Shown one piece after another: positions 1 to 10,708 of a stretch of DNA of 64,000 bases. Source of the DNA: an uncultured Chloroflexia bacterium (GTDB lineage: Bacteria; Chloroflexota; Anaerolineae; B4-G1; SLSP01). How positions within the stretch are numbered: position 1 is the first letter of the stretch; each line of letters starts with the position of its first letter. The notes under the pieces were generated by a model. That model was not told where the DNA came from. It made no database searches and saw only the letters and a program-made list of their open reading frames with translations. Location: contig CAVVUS010000044.1 in the NCBI GenBank assembly GCA_963751345.1, positions 32,001 through 96,000 of the forward strand. The letters run 5' to 3'. The position numbers were made by a program, and so were the translations under genes.

Positions 1-1146
1 GTGCAGGAGCTCGATTCGGTGCTCCGCACCACGCACGATGGCGTCATCCTGTTGGACCTTGAGCTGCGGGTCCTTGCCGTCAATCGGGCGCTGGCCGATC
101 TCGTCGGCATTGCCCAGACAGACCTCGCGCGCCACCCCATCGATGCCCTGCAGCCTGGCGGCGATCCATTGATCGCGCGGATTGGCTACGAACTCGACGG
201 TCTGCGAGATGACTGCGCCCATCTGCTCAAGGGTGACGTAGAACAGATCGAAGCGGTCATCGTTCTTGGGCCCACGAGCCTGCACGTGAACCGCACGCTG
301 ACGCCGGTGCGTGACGGCGAAGGTTCCATCACGGGCTGGCTGTTGAACTTCCGTGATCTGACAGAGGAGCTCGAACTGAAGCATCTACGGGAGGATCTGA
401 CCGGCATGCTGGTGCACGACCTGCGCTCTCCGATGTCGTTGGTACTGGCCAGCCTATCGATGCTTCCCGAGGCCATAACGCGGCGGGAACAGGAGCAGGT
501 AGATCGCCTGGTTGCCATTGCGCAGCGCAGCGGCGAGCGCATTCTGACGCTCATCGACGATCTGCTCGACATCAGCCAGTTGGAGCGGGGACAACTGCCG
601 ATGAGCATTGAGTCCACCTCAATTGAGGAGCTCTTCCGCGAGGTGACCGCGCGCTATCTGCCCATGGCTTCAGCGAACGACATTGTGTTGGCGGTCGATG
701 CGGGCGACGCGTTGCCGCCGGTTGGCGTCGACGGCTCTCTCATCCTGCGTGTGCTATCGAACCTGGTGGACAACGCACTGAAGTTCACGCCCAATGGGGG
801 CGAGGTCAAGCTGTGCGCCCGTGAGGATGCGCGCACTGCACCGGGGGCTGTGATCGTCAGCGTCTGCGACACGGGCCCTGGGATCCCGTATGATGCACGC
901 CCTAAGTTGTTCGAGAAATTCCAGCAGGTACCGAACATCCATGGAAGGCGGCGAGGAACCGGCCTCGGCCTTCCCTTCTGCAAGCTGACGGTCGAAGCCC
1001 ACGGAGGCCAGATCTGGGTGGACAGTGAGGTGGGTCAGGGGAGCACTTTCTCACTAACGCTCCCGATTGTCGCTCCGCCGTTGTTGTCCGGCGCGTCTAT
1101 CGCCGATCGTCGCAGCGGGGCCGGTGAGGAAGCCAGCAGGGCATAG
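1..1146 (+). CDS. PAS-domain sensor histidine kinase (5' truncated by window edge)
   Basis: PAS-like N-terminus (DGVILLD..VNRAL), H-box VHDLRSP, N-box NLVDNALKFT, G1 DTGPGI, G2 GTGLGL. Confidence 0.92.
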   Translation: MQELDSVLRTTHDGVILLDLELRVLAVNRALADLVGIAQTDLARHPIDALQPGGDPLIARIGYELDGLRDDCAHLLKGDVEQIEAVIVLGPTSLHVNRTLTPVRDGEGSITGWLLNFRDLTEELELKHLREDLTGMLVHDLRSPMSLVLASLSMLPEAITRREQEQVDRLVAIAQRSGERILTLIDDLLDISQLERGQLPMSIESTSIEELFREVTARYLPMASANDIVLAVDAGDALPPVGVDGSLILRVLSNLVDNALKFTPNGGEVKLCAREDARTAPGAVIVSVCDTGPGIPYDARPKLFEKFQQVPNIHGRRRGTGLGLPFCKLTVEAHGGQIWVDSEVGQGSTFSLTLPIVAPPLLSGASIADRRSGAGEEASRA

Positions 1147-1161
1147 CCCGCGCAGGGCGAG

Positions 1162-1500
1162 TCAGTACCGCAGCACAGATTCGTAGCTCTTCCTGACCAT
1201 CGTCATCACTCGCTTCAGACGCTCCAGATCATCGACCATGACCTGGAGCCAACGCTCGATTTCCCGTTCCCCGGCTTTGAAGGATTGCGCCTCATACGTC
1301 GCTTCCAGATCCTCGCGGTCACGCTTGCGTATCTGTGTAATGACGACGCCGTCTGTGACGAGGAAGGCGAAGAGCTTACCGTCCACGAGGTACGCCGGGC
1401 AGCCAAACATCCGGCGCGTCGTGACCTTGGGCCAATAGAGGACCTGGCTCTCGAAGGCCTCGCGCAGCGCCTGGGCTTCAGATTCGGAATAGTAGATCAT
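1162..1500 (-). CDS. TfoX/Sxy N-terminal-like domain protein
   Basis: RRMFGCPAYLVDGKLFAF motif typical of TfoX_N; 112 aa. Confidence 0.7.
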   Translation of the reverse strand: MIYYSESEAQALREAFESQVLYWPKVTTRRMFGCPAYLVDGKLFAFLVTDGVVITQIRKRDREDLEATYEAQSFKAGEREIERWLQVMVDDLERLKRVMTMVRKSYESVLRY

Positions 1501-1516
1501 TGCGATCGCTTGTCAC

Positions 1517-3187
1517 TCAAGGGGTACCGGCCTCGATCTTGTCCAGCAAGTAGCTTACCGTCCCGTCATCGTAGCGGACGAGATCATGCGGCATGCGCGC
1601 ATCATACCAGGCCGTTTGCTCCCGGCTTTGCCCATCTGCATCGTCCCAGACTAGAACCACTTTCCATGTTACATAGGTCTTGTTAGGTGTCCAGGTCGGT
1701 TCACCGGTCTTGATCCTGAGGAAACCATCAGCGACCTGGACCTCGCCTTGCTCGTTTGCCTGGGCGACGGGGATGGGTCCCCCGTAGGGGATCTGAAAGG
1801 GTAGGGCGGCGGCCCGCCACGCCCACTCGTACGACATAAGCGTCCGCGTCGCCGGCACGGTCACCAGGCTGGGTTCTTGAGTACCGACCTGCACGACCAG
1901 GTCCGGTGAGCCGTCCGGGGCAGGATAGGTCATCTCGACGCTGTCGGAGCCTTCGGTGGTCCGGCGGGCCGTGAGTGCCGATAGGCCGAGGGCCGGTTCG
2001 GTCCACAGTGTCGACAATGTCCACTTTGTCGGTTCTGCCTGAAGGGACAACGGGAGGTTGAGCGATCCGAGGGGAAGTCCCTGCAGGCGCTGCGACAGTC
2101 CCGGGACCTCCGTCGTCAGATCGAAGCCTGCGTGATCGGCGTCGCAGGACAGGCTGACCATCTCGTCCTGCACGGCCCGCGCACACTGTGCCCTGCCGAT
2201 CTCGCGCCCAAGCGGGTCCTGGATGCTGTAGGTCCACCGGACAGGCTGTTGCCACGAGGTGGGCACGTCGAGATTGAGGTCGTCGTGGAGCACGGTCTGT
2301 GGAAACCGGCTGACCAACACCTCGGAACCTGCTGCATATGCGTAGACCGCTGCGAGTGCTAACAGGGGAATGGCCCATGCCCATCGGAAGAGGGCCGGCG
2401 CTCTCGCCTCGGTTGGGGGCGTCGGTACAGGCTCCGTCGTTTTCCAGAGCAGCCAGAGAGCAGCGAAGGAAAGTGGCGTCAGTAGGGCAGCCAGGCAGAG
2501 CGCCATTATCGTCAGTCCGCCCACCACCGTCGCAGGCGCGAAGCTGGTCGCGATCAGCAGCACGGTGGCGATGGCGTTGAAGGCTGAGTGCAGCGCCATG
2601 CCGGGAAAGATCGACCCCGTGCGCCAGGCGACGAAGCCCAGCGCCAGCGCAACCGGCACGAGGCTGAACACGCCTTGGAACCGCAGGTGGTAGAGGGCGA
2701 AGATGAGACCGCCAACCACCACGCCTACCCAGGCGTGATGGCGCTCGTAGGCGCGCTGCACGTAGCCGCGGAACATCAATTCCTCGCAGATGGGTGCCAC
2801 GACCACGGTTGTCAGAGCCAGGGCTATGGCTTCGAGGGCGTTGGCAGGAAACTGCGACGGTGTCGCGGGCGCCGTGTAGCCAAGGATCAGGGTCGACAAC
2901 AGGTTGAGTCCCACGCCCGTGATCCAGAGGCCGGGCAAGGCCGCGAGCGTCAGAAGGATGGTGCGACGCTCGGGTAGGTGGAGCCTGGCCGTCTGGAGGA
3001 TCGAGAGCCCCTCCAGACGCATGAAGAGCAGCGCTGTGACAGCCAGGGAGATCTCCACGATGATGCCGATGCCATAGCGGGCGAGAGGATCGGTCTCAGA
3101 GCGGCCGGCGAAGACCAGCACAGCAATACCGATGACCAAGTAGAGATTGGCCATCAGACGAGAGGGAAGCCGTCGCGGCGCGTTCAT
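1517..3187 (-). CDS. CPBP (CAAX/Abi) intramembrane metalloprotease with C-terminal extracytoplasmic domain
   Basis: EELMFRG, FALYH and H-x3-N (HSAFN) motifs in a multi-TM N-half, followed by a ~270-aa soluble tail. Confidence 0.85.
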   Translation of the reverse strand: MNAPRRLPSRLMANLYLVIGIAVLVFAGRSETDPLARYGIGIIVEISLAVTALLFMRLEGLSILQTARLHLPERRTILLTLAALPGLWITGVGLNLLSTLILGYTAPATPSQFPANALEAIALALTTVVVAPICEELMFRGYVQRAYERHHAWVGVVVGGLIFALYHLRFQGVFSLVPVALALGFVAWRTGSIFPGMALHSAFNAIATVLLIATSFAPATVVGGLTIMALCLAALLTPLSFAALWLLWKTTEPVPTPPTEARAPALFRWAWAIPLLALAAVYAYAAGSEVLVSRFPQTVLHDDLNLDVPTSWQQPVRWTYSIQDPLGREIGRAQCARAVQDEMVSLSCDADHAGFDLTTEVPGLSQRLQGLPLGSLNLPLSLQAEPTKWTLSTLWTEPALGLSALTARRTTEGSDSVEMTYPAPDGSPDLVVQVGTQEPSLVTVPATRTLMSYEWAWRAAALPFQIPYGGPIPVAQANEQGEVQVADGFLRIKTGEPTWTPNKTYVTWKVVLVWDDADGQSREQTAWYDARMPHDLVRYDDGTVSYLLDKIEAGTP

Positions 3188-3218
3188 CTGGTGCCCATCC
3201 TGGTGGAGTTCAACGGCT

Positions 3219-3758
3219 TCAGATGCGGCCGGTCCCGACCTCGAGGCCGGGGATGCGAGCGCGCTTCTCGACGTGGTGCATAGCCCACGTCATCAGCAGG
3301 ACGATGATGAGGTAGATGATCCCTATGAACGGCAACATGACCATCTGGTTGTAGTATCTGCTCATAATCCGTCGCGCCTCGCCAAAGAGGTCTGACACGG
3401 CGATCAGGGAGACGACGGACGTGTATTTCACCATATAGGCGACTTCGTTGGACCATGGCGCCACGACAAGTCGCATGGCCTGGGGCAGGACGATGTTCAC
3501 GATCGCCTGATAGCGGGTCATGCCGAGGGCGCGTGCCGCGACTGTCTGGCCGCTTCCGATCGCCTGGATCGCGCCACGGAAGTACTCGGCCTGGTAGGCG
3601 CCGCTATTCAGGCCCAGCGCAACATAGGCCGCTGCCATCGGGGAGAGGACGAGCAGACCGGCGGGAAAGCCGAGGCCCACGAGCACTGCCAAATCTCCGT
3701 AGGTCTTGTGCAACCCGGTCACGCGGATAATGGGGCCGCCCAAAGGCTCGCGTATCAT
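3219..3758 (-). pseudogene. Chimeric amino-acid ABC transporter remnant (ATPase N-terminus fused to permease C-half)
   Basis: First ~26 aa (IIRVTGLHKTYGDLAVL) match GlnQ-type ATPase starts. The rest (LNSGAYQAEYFRGAI..GQTVAARALGM..IVLPQAMR..KYTS) is a HisM/GlnP permease C-half. Confidence 0.7.
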
Positions 3759-3773
3759 CTGGCTTCGCTCAGG

Positions 3774-4277
3774 TCAGGCCTGCGCCTCGTCCTTTTCGAG
3801 AGGAGTGTAGAAGAGGTGGGATTCGCGAATGCTTAGATTGCTGGAACGGAGCTTGCCTGCCAACTCCGCCGCGATCCGCTGCATCACCTGAAAGCCAATC
3901 TCCGGGTAGTCTCTGCAGACCCGCAACAGACGGTCCCGCGGGATCCTGATGAGCTGTGCATCGGTGCTGCACCTCGCCGATGCCGTCCGCCTGCCATCCT
4001 GCTCGACAAGGGTCACCTCGCCAAAGGTGCTGGTGGGCGCCATCACGGCGACGGCAATCGGCGATTCTCCCTCACTCCGCGGTTCCAGGACGATTTCCAC
4101 GACGCCCTGTGCGATCACGTAGACGGAATCTCCCGGATCCTCTTCGTGGAAGACGTAATCGCCTGCGAGCAGTCTCATCTCTTCGCACGTCATCAGGATG
4201 ATGTCCATGTAGGAGTCCCTGAGACCTTCGAAGAGCCCCGAAGAACCGAGTATTCGCCTGCTTTCCTCGATATGCAT
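3774..4277 (-). CDS. Cyclic-nucleotide-binding domain protein
   Basis: VFHEEDPGDSVYVIAQG..FGEVTL..RRTASA cNMP-binding motif; no HTH. Confidence 0.85.
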   Translation of the reverse strand: MHIEESRRILGSSGLFEGLRDSYMDIILMTCEEMRLLAGDYVFHEEDPGDSVYVIAQGVVEIVLEPRSEGESPIAVAVMAPTSTFGEVTLVEQDGRRTASARCSTDAQLIRIPRDRLLRVCRDYPEIGFQVMQRIAAELAGKLRSSNLSIRESHLFYTPLEKDEAQA

Positions 4278-4296
4278 ATCTGGCTCTCGATCTCGC

Positions 4297-4785
4297 CTAG
4301 ATCTCGAGGCGCGTCAGAACACCGGTGGTCAGGTCGAGGGTGGCGAAGCTAGGGCGATGCCACAGCGTGCCGCCCAGGGCGCCGGGGTTGATGACGCGGG
4401 TCCTGCCAATCAGATGCTCCGTCTGCCGATGACTATGTCCCACGATCACGTAGTCGTAGGAGCGGGACGTCACCAGCTCACGCGCTGCGTCCGACTGACC
4501 GTTGTGGACCACGGCGATGGTCACACCATCCAGGCTCAGAGTCTGCCGGTCACGGAGCCGCCCCGGTCCGAAAAGCTGCTGAGCGGCGTGGGTAAGTGCG
4601 GTATCGTGATCCATATTGCCTCGCGCGATCCAGACATCAAAACTCTTGAACAGCCGCAAGGTGTGGGCGGCTGTCACGTCGCCGGCATGCAGAATCGTGG
4701 AGATCCCGTCAAGTCGAAGCTGAGCCAGCGCCCGGATGATGTTGGCGTGGCTGTCGTGGGTGTCCGATACAAGCCCTATTCGCAT
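4297..4785 (-). CDS. YfcE-family metallophosphoesterase
   Basis: SDTHD, HAGD, RGNMD, GHSH, NPGA motifs. Confidence 0.9.
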   Translation of the reverse strand: MRIGLVSDTHDSHANIIRALAQLRLDGISTILHAGDVTAAHTLRLFKSFDVWIARGNMDHDTALTHAAQQLFGPGRLRDRQTLSLDGVTIAVVHNGQSDAARELVTSRSYDYVIVGHSHRQTEHLIGRTRVINPGALGGTLWHRPSFATLDLTTGVLTRLEI

Positions 4786-4823
4786 GCGACGTCGTCAGTA
4801 TTGTGGGCCGAGCCGGACGCGTA

Positions 4824-5468
4824 CTACGAGGCGCGGACGTCGACGACTTCAACGCCGATCCCGTCCATTGCCCCGACCAATGCATCCTTGTCAATACAGC
4901 AGACCTTGATGACCAGGTTGCCGTGTCTCTGTTGCTCACTGTAGAACGTGCCAAGGGCCACGATATCGCCCCCGATAGCGGCGATCGCGCCCGCGATCTT
5001 GCTCAGCGTCCCCGGCTCGTCGTGGACATGGATAGTGAGCCGGATTCCCTCGTCGCGCGCGCCCATCATCTCGATGAGAACCTTGAAGATATCGGTCTCG
5101 GTAATGATGCCCACGACGAGTCTGTCTCGCACGACCGGGAGCCCGCTGACCCCACTGTCCACCATAACGCGGGCCGCTTCCTCCAGCGGTTCATCCTCGG
5201 TGACAGTGACGACGTCCCTGGCCATGATCTCCTTGACCTTGAGCTTGGAGAGCAGGTAGCCGATCTCGTAAACGTTGAGGCTGGTTGCGGGTGAAGGAGA
5301 GGCATAGAGCAAGTCCTTCTCGGCCACAATCCCTACAAGGTGTCCCCGCTTGTCGACGACAGGCATGCGCCGCACCTTCTTTTGCCGCATCAGGTTCAGC
5401 GCTTCGGATACGGAGGTGTCCGGCGAGACGGTCACCGGATTCTGGGTCATCCTGTCTTTGACGAACAT
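4824..5468 (-). CDS. acuB: CBS-CBS-ACT protein (AcuB-like)
   Basis: Two CBS domains (ASPSPATSL linker) plus ACT domain (DEPGTL). Confidence 0.85.
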   Translation of the reverse strand: MFVKDRMTQNPVTVSPDTSVSEALNLMRQKKVRRMPVVDKRGHLVGIVAEKDLLYASPSPATSLNVYEIGYLLSKLKVKEIMARDVVTVTEDEPLEEAARVMVDSGVSGLPVVRDRLVVGIITETDIFKVLIEMMGARDEGIRLTIHVHDEPGTLSKIAGAIAAIGGDIVALGTFYSEQQRHGNLVIKVCCIDKDALVGAMDGIGVEVVDVRAS

Positions 5469-5566
5469 CGTTGTCTCCTCATGCTAAAGTGGATTCGGAT
5501 ACCACTCCGATTATGCTATTATGGCATAGCTCGTCCGTTTGGCAAACTCAGCAAGAGGAGGCAGTC

Positions 5567-6658
5567 ATGCAGTCGGATTCCCCAATTCGGGTTGATCGAC
5601 AGGCTCTGGAGGGTTTCTGCCGCGAGGTATTTCGGACGTTGTCGCTCTCCGAGGCGGACGCAACGATGGCAGCCGAGGTCCTCGTTGCTGCGGATGCCCG
5701 CGGCATCCCCTCGCATGGTGTGGCTCGCCTGCCCCGGTACGTGCACGGCCTCGAGATCGGCCTGATGCGCCCGGACGCGACGCCTGAGACGATTCGTGAG
5801 ACGCCGTCATCGCTGCTGATCGATGCGTGCGGCGCGATGGGCGCGCCGGTCAGCGTGCGGACGATGCGCGCGGTGATCGCAAAGGCGGCGGAGTCCGGCG
5901 CAGCTTTCGGCTGTGTGCGGGACTCGAACCACTTCGGTATCGCAGGGTACTATGCCATGATGGCCCTGCAGGCCGACATGATTGGGTTTGCGATGACCAA
6001 CACGGCCGCGCTCGGCGTGCCGACCTTTGGCCGCGTGCCGCGCTTTGGCACTAATCCGATGGCTTTCGCAGCGCCGGCGGCTGAGGAGGGTGCCTTCGTG
6101 CTCGACATGGCGACGACTGTGGTGCCTCGCGGCAAGATCGAGGTGTATGAACGCCGTGGGAAGCTGCTGCCGGAGGGCTGGGCTGTCGACGAGGAGGGGC
6201 ATCCGGGCACAGATCCGGTGCTGATCCTGCAGAACCTCACGGATCAGATCGGCGGCATTCTGCCGTTGGGTGGCTTGGGTGAGACCTTTGGTGGCCACAA
6301 AGGCTACGGCCTAGCCGTGATGGTGGATATCCTGTGCGGCGTTCTGTCAGGAGGTGCCTTCGGCGCTGACATAGCCGATGCCCGAGGGTCCAGTGCCCGC
6401 GTGAGTCACTTCTTTGGCGCGATCAAGATTGAGGCTTTCCGCGAGCCGCACGGCTTCCGGCAGGATATGGACCGGCTGCTCCGCTCCCTCAGGGAGAGCC
6501 CTCCTGCCGAGGGCGCCTCACGGGTCTACTTCGCCGGGCTCAAGGAGTTCGAGCACGAGGCGGATTCCCTGCGCGCCGGCGTGCCCCTCACAGAGAAGGT
6601 CTACGGCCAACTCGTGGAGGTTGGTAATCGACTTGGCGTCGACGCTCCGACGGCCTAG
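5567..6658 (+). CDS. Ldh_2 family (malate/L-lactate/ureidoglycolate) dehydrogenase
   Basis: RGIPSHG, SNHFG, GTNP, LDMAT, GHKGYGL motifs; GAGGAGG SD upstream of ATG 5567. Confidence 0.9.
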   Translation: MQSDSPIRVDRQALEGFCREVFRTLSLSEADATMAAEVLVAADARGIPSHGVARLPRYVHGLEIGLMRPDATPETIRETPSSLLIDACGAMGAPVSVRTMRAVIAKAAESGAAFGCVRDSNHFGIAGYYAMMALQADMIGFAMTNTAALGVPTFGRVPRFGTNPMAFAAPAAEEGAFVLDMATTVVPRGKIEVYERRGKLLPEGWAVDEEGHPGTDPVLILQNLTDQIGGILPLGGLGETFGGHKGYGLAVMVDILCGVLSGGAFGADIADARGSSARVSHFFGAIKIEAFREPHGFRQDMDRLLRSLRESPPAEGASRVYFAGLKEFEHEADSLRAGVPLTEKVYGQLVEVGNRLGVDAPTA

Positions 6659-7149
6659 CGCAACCGCGGGATTCGGAGAAAGAGAAGCTGGCCCAACTGC
6701 AACGCGTCGAGCTGCTTCCAGACTGCCTTGCGCTTGCCACGCTCGTTTCTCAAGAGCTTGTAAGACCGAAGCCACGGCAAGAAGACCTGAAGCAACAGCC
6801 ACAGCGCCAGGGCGGACAGAGCCGTCTCGATCCACAGTCCTGATGTGAGGGCACTGAGCAGGAAGATACCGATGAACGCGAGCCCGCTGCCGGCGGTCGC
6901 GTGGGTGGTGGCATTCCACCATACGGGGGTACGCTCCTGCATAACCGCGGTGAGAGCCACAGGATAAGCCAGGAAAGCCGTGAAGAACAGCGCCCCAGAA
7001 AGGGCTTGTCGGGCGGGCTGGCCTGCTGACAGGCTGAGAAAGCTCAGGGCAATGCGCCCAAGCATATGGAGGATGATGGCCCAGATCAGCCCGGCGAACA
7101 TCGCCATACGGTTGAAATGTGCCGCAGGTTCCACCGCGCTAGACCCCAT
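6655..7149 (-). CDS. Hypothetical membrane protein (4 TM)
   Basis: Four hydrophobic segments; fills the gap downstream of folD on the same strand. Confidence 0.6.
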   Translation of the reverse strand: MGSSAVEPAAHFNRMAMFAGLIWAIILHMLGRIALSFLSLSAGQPARQALSGALFFTAFLAYPVALTAVMQERTPVWWNATTHATAGSGLAFIGIFLLSALTSGLWIETALSALALWLLLQVFLPWLRSYKLLRNERGKRKAVWKQLDALQLGQLLFLRIPRLR

Positions 7150-7305
7150 TGCCCAGCTTCCCTGAAGTCGCGCCGGTCTCCCAACCGCGGGCTCTCGCCA
7201 GCGATCGTGTCCTGCATGACCTGGACGGCATAGCAGGCGACGAATCTCAGCGGGATGATCGGATTGAAGATGCTCAGGAACACAAGCCCACGGCCCGTCA
7301 ATGGA

Positions 7306-8190
7306 CTATGTCAGCCCAGCGATACGCTTGGCAGCCGTCAGCGTGTTCTGAAGCAGCATAGCGATGGTCATGGGGCCAACACCGCGTGGCACGGGGGTGA
7401 TCCAGCTCGCGACCTCCTTGACCTGGTCAAAATCGACGTCGCCCACCAGCCGGTAGCCGCGCTTTGCCGATGGATCGTCGACGCGGTTGATGCCGACATC
7501 GATCACGACCGCACCTGGCTTGACCCAGTCTGCCTTCACCATCTGGGCCCGCCCCACGGCTGCCACCAGAATGTCGGCTCGTTTGACCACGGAGGGCAGA
7601 TCGCGGGTGCGCGAGTGGCAGATCGTCAGGGTGGCGTTTCTCTTGAGCAGGAGCATAGAGACCGGGAGTCCAACGATATTGCTGCGCCCCAGGACGACGG
7701 CTTCTTTGCCTTCGATCTCTACCCCGATCCGATCCAGCAGCTCGATAATGCCCGATGGAGTGGCCGGGGCGAAGAGGGGATCGCGTCCTTTCATCGCCAG
7801 CCGCCCGATATTGATGGGATGGAAGCCGTCCACGTCCTTCTTCAGATCGATAGCACTGAGGATGCTCTCCTCATCGAGATGGGCGGGCATGGGAAGCTGG
7901 ACGAGGATCCCGTGTATGTCCGCATCGGCATCAAGATCGCGCACTACGCTTTCCACCTCATCCTGGGATGCGTCCTTGGCCAGCTCGATGCCGACCGAGT
8001 GTATCCCCACCTCGGCACACCGGCGCCGCTTCATGCGCACGTAGGTTTGGGAACCAGGATCGTCGCCCACGAGCACCGTCGCCAGTCCGGGCACGAGGCC
8101 GCGCTCGGCCTTGAGCCGGGCGACCTCGTCGGTGATTTCCCCCTGGATGGTCTTTGCGATTGCCGTCCCGTCGATTAGCTGTCCTGTCAT
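7306..8190 (-). CDS. folD: Methylenetetrahydrofolate dehydrogenase/cyclohydrolase
   Basis: [38 protein letters not shown]; AGGAGG SD before ATG 8190. Confidence 0.97.
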   Translation of the reverse strand: MTGQLIDGTAIAKTIQGEITDEVARLKAERGLVPGLATVLVGDDPGSQTYVRMKRRRCAEVGIHSVGIELAKDASQDEVESVVRDLDADADIHGILVQLPMPAHLDEESILSAIDLKKDVDGFHPINIGRLAMKGRDPLFAPATPSGIIELLDRIGVEIEGKEAVVLGRSNIVGLPVSMLLLKRNATLTICHSRTRDLPSVVKRADILVAAVGRAQMVKADWVKPGAVVIDVGINRVDDPSAKRGYRLVGDVDFDQVKEVASWITPVPRGVGPMTIAMLLQNTLTAAKRIAGLT

Positions 8191-8250
8191 GGTTCCTCCT
8201 TCGCTGTGATAACTCGGTTTCTGGCTATCGGCCACCGTGGCGCATGGCGG

Positions 8251-10014
8251 TCACGAAAGGCCGACAATCCTTCCGTCCTTGATATCGATGTTGAGGAAGT
8301 TCGGCGAGCTGGGCAACCCCGGCATCGTGCGGATGTCACCGGCCAACGGATAGAGAAAGCCGGCGCCGACGCTGGCCCGGATATCGCGGATCGGGAAAGT
8401 GTAGCCTTTCGGAACGCCTTTCAGGGCCGGGTCGTGGCTCAGCGAGAGGTGTGTCTTGGCCATACAAATGGGCATTTTGTCATAGCCCAGGTCGGTGTAG
8501 AGCTGGATCTTGGCCTCTGCCTCGGGGCTGTAGTCCACACCGTCGGCACCGTAGACCTCACTCGCCAGCTTGTCGATCTTGTCCTTGATGGGGAGATTCA
8601 GGTCGTAGAGAAACCTGAAGTCAGCGGGTTCCTCGGTTGCGCGGACGACAGCCTGGGCCAACTCGGCAGCTCCCTCACCGCCGTCGGCCCAATGGTGGGC
8701 TACGACTGCCTCGAAGGCACCGGCCTCCATTGCTGCGTCGTGGATGACGGCCCATTCAGCCGGTGTGTCGGTGGGGAAGGCGTTGATGGCGACCACGACG
8801 GGGATTCCGAACTTCCGGGCGATGGCGATGTGTGCCTTGAGGTTGGGTGTGCCCGCCCTCAGCAGGTCGAGGTGCTCTTCCGTGTACGCCCTGTCGAGGT
8901 CGCGTCCGGGTATCACCCGTGGCCCGCCGCCGTGCATCTTGAGCGCACGGACGGTCGCCACCAGGACGACTGCGCTCGGAAGGAGCCCGGACGCGCGGCA
9001 CTTGATGTCGAAGAACTTCTCCATGCCGATGTCTGCGCCGAAGCCCGATTCAGTGACAAGGAAGTCGGCCAGTTTCACGCCGAGCTGGTCAGCGATGACC
9101 GACGAGTTGCCGTGAGCGATGTTCGCGAAGGGCCCGGCGTGCACAAAGGCAGGCTGTTCTTCGAGTGTCTGCAGCAGGTTTGGCATGATAGCGTCCATCA
9201 TCAGCACCGTCATCGCGCCGGCTGTGCCGAGATCCTCCGTTGTGATCGGCTTCGGGTTCCTGACCGCGTCGTCAGTGCCGATCACGATCCGGCCGATTCG
9301 CTCCCGCATATCCTCCAAGCTCGTCGTGAGCGCCAGGATAGCCATCAACTCGCTGGCCACACTGATATCGAAGCCGGTCTGGCGTACCGGACCGTCAGCC
9401 TTGTCGCCGAGGCCGACGATGATGCTCCGGACTGCTCGATCATTCATATCGACCACGCGATTCCAGGTCACCGAGTAGGGGTCGATGTGGAGCTTGTGAA
9501 GTCCCTGCTTCTCGAAGAAGCTGTCACTCCAGCGCCCTTCGTGGTAGATACGCGCATCAATCGCCGCCGCACAGAGGTTGTGCGCCACGCCGATCGCGTG
9601 GATATCACCCGTCAAGTGTAGATTGAAGTCCTGCATCGGCACGATTTGGCTATACCCGCCGCCCGCCGCCCCGCCCTTGATGCCAAACGTCGGTCCCATC
9701 GAAGGCTGGCGGATGGCGGCCATCGCTTTATATCCGAGGTATCCCAGGGCCTCGGTCAGGCCGACCGTGGTCGTGGTCTTGCCCTCACCCAGGGGCGTTG
9801 GCGTGATGGCGGTTACATCGATGTACTTCGCAGTGGGACGGCTCTTGAGTTTGTCCCGGACGTCGAGATGCACTTTGGCCTTGTAGTTCCCATAGAGCTC
9901 CAGGTCGCTCTCGGCAAGGCCGATCGACGCCGCGACCTCGCGGATCGGACGAATATCCGCCGCCTGCGCGATCTCAATGTCCGTCGGGACGGGTTTCACT
10001 TTTCTCACGGCCAT
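8251..10014 (-). CDS. fhs: Formate--tetrahydrofolate ligase
   Basis: [46 protein letters not shown]. Confidence 0.98.
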   Translation of the reverse strand: MAVRKVKPVPTDIEIAQAADIRPIREVAASIGLAESDLELYGNYKAKVHLDVRDKLKSRPTAKYIDVTAITPTPLGEGKTTTTVGLTEALGYLGYKAMAAIRQPSMGPTFGIKGGAAGGGYSQIVPMQDFNLHLTGDIHAIGVAHNLCAAAIDARIYHEGRWSDSFFEKQGLHKLHIDPYSVTWNRVVDMNDRAVRSIIVGLGDKADGPVRQTGFDISVASELMAILALTTSLEDMRERIGRIVIGTDDAVRNPKPITTEDLGTAGAMTVLMMDAIMPNLLQTLEEQPAFVHAGPFANIAHGNSSVIADQLGVKLADFLVTESGFGADIGMEKFFDIKCRASGLLPSAVVLVATVRALKMHGGGPRVIPGRDLDRAYTEEHLDLLRAGTPNLKAHIAIARKFGIPVVVAINAFPTDTPAEWAVIHDAAMEAGAFEAVVAHHWADGGEGAAELAQAVVRATEEPADFRFLYDLNLPIKDKIDKLASEVYGADGVDYSPEAEAKIQLYTDLGYDKMPICMAKTHLSLSHDPALKGVPKGYTFPIRDIRASVGAGFLYPLAGDIRTMPGLPSSPNFLNIDIKDGRIVGLS

Positions 10015-10038
10015 CGCTTCACCTCCTTACGAGTGCGA

Positions 10039-10470
10039 CTAGAAAGCACCGATCTGGCAACTTGCGATCTTTACGCTGAGTCGTTCCGCCACCCAGCCGA
10101 TCTGCATGCGCGAAATGCCAAACTCGCTCGCGAGGCGCCACGCCTCAGCGCAGGCGAGATGCCCTTCCGATCTGCTGGCCGCCACTATGGCGGCCTCCAG
10201 GCCGTCGGGTGTGTCAAGCGCCTCGACGCCGCTGGCCTGCCAGCCGTGTTTCCCCGGATAGCCGAAGAGCCCCAACTGGCACCGAGTGAACCTGACCCTC
10301 ATCAGATCGGCTGTCTGTCCGACGGCTGAAGGCTTGACGCCGAGGGCCTGCGCTACGGCGAATGCGTCCGCGCAGCCAAGTTTCTCCTCTGTCAGAGCGT
10401 CGTGGATGGCCGCTGCGATGGTGGCATCCGGCGCGACGTCCGGCGGCAGCTTCTTGTCTTTGAGTGCCAT
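10039..10470 (-). CDS. Small protein with two repeats of C-A-x-A-(F/W)...CQ(L/I)GxF
   Basis: LGCADAF..CQLGLF and LACAEAW..CQIGAF; GGAGG SD; directly upstream of fhs. Confidence 0.8.
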   Translation of the reverse strand: MALKDKKLPPDVAPDATIAAAIHDALTEEKLGCADAFAVAQALGVKPSAVGQTADLMRVRFTRCQLGLFGYPGKHGWQASGVEALDTPDGLEAAIVAASRSEGHLACAEAWRLASEFGISRMQIGWVAERLSVKIASCQIGAF

Positions 10471-10606
10471 ATAGCCCTCCCAATCACGATTGTGGCTTCA
10501 CGAACCCTGTGGTCCCCAGGATATACTCGATGGTCGCCGGGCACAAGTGACGACCTGCCGGCGGAACAACGAGCGTCTCGCGGTGCCTCGCCGTCGCACT
10601 TAGGGG

Positions 10607-10634
10607 TTGACGGACGTATCTCCGACTCTATAAT
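10607..10634 (+). promoter_or_regulatory. Sigma70-type promoter for the response regulator-kinase operon
   Basis: TTGACG-N16-TATAAT. Confidence 0.75.
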
Positions 10635-10708
10635 TCCTGTTGGAGGCAGAGAAGGTTGTCGTTCCCACTATGTCGGTCTAGCGCCGCGAGCGCTTCGGAG
10701 GTTGCCGG

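Noticed and set aside
7306-10014. Wood-Ljungdahl pathway cluster
   Set aside because: Only fhs and folD are present; no metF, acsABCDE or fdh in the window.
7255-10329. Long plus-strand ORFs 7255-8178, 8206-9621 and 9646-10329 (and similar shadows elsewhere)
   Set aside because: Antisense shadows of folD/fhs caused by high-GC codon bias; no motifs or RBS.
10471-10600. THF or ZTP riboswitch upstream of fhs-folD
   Set aside because: No recognisable aptamer motif or leader terminator.
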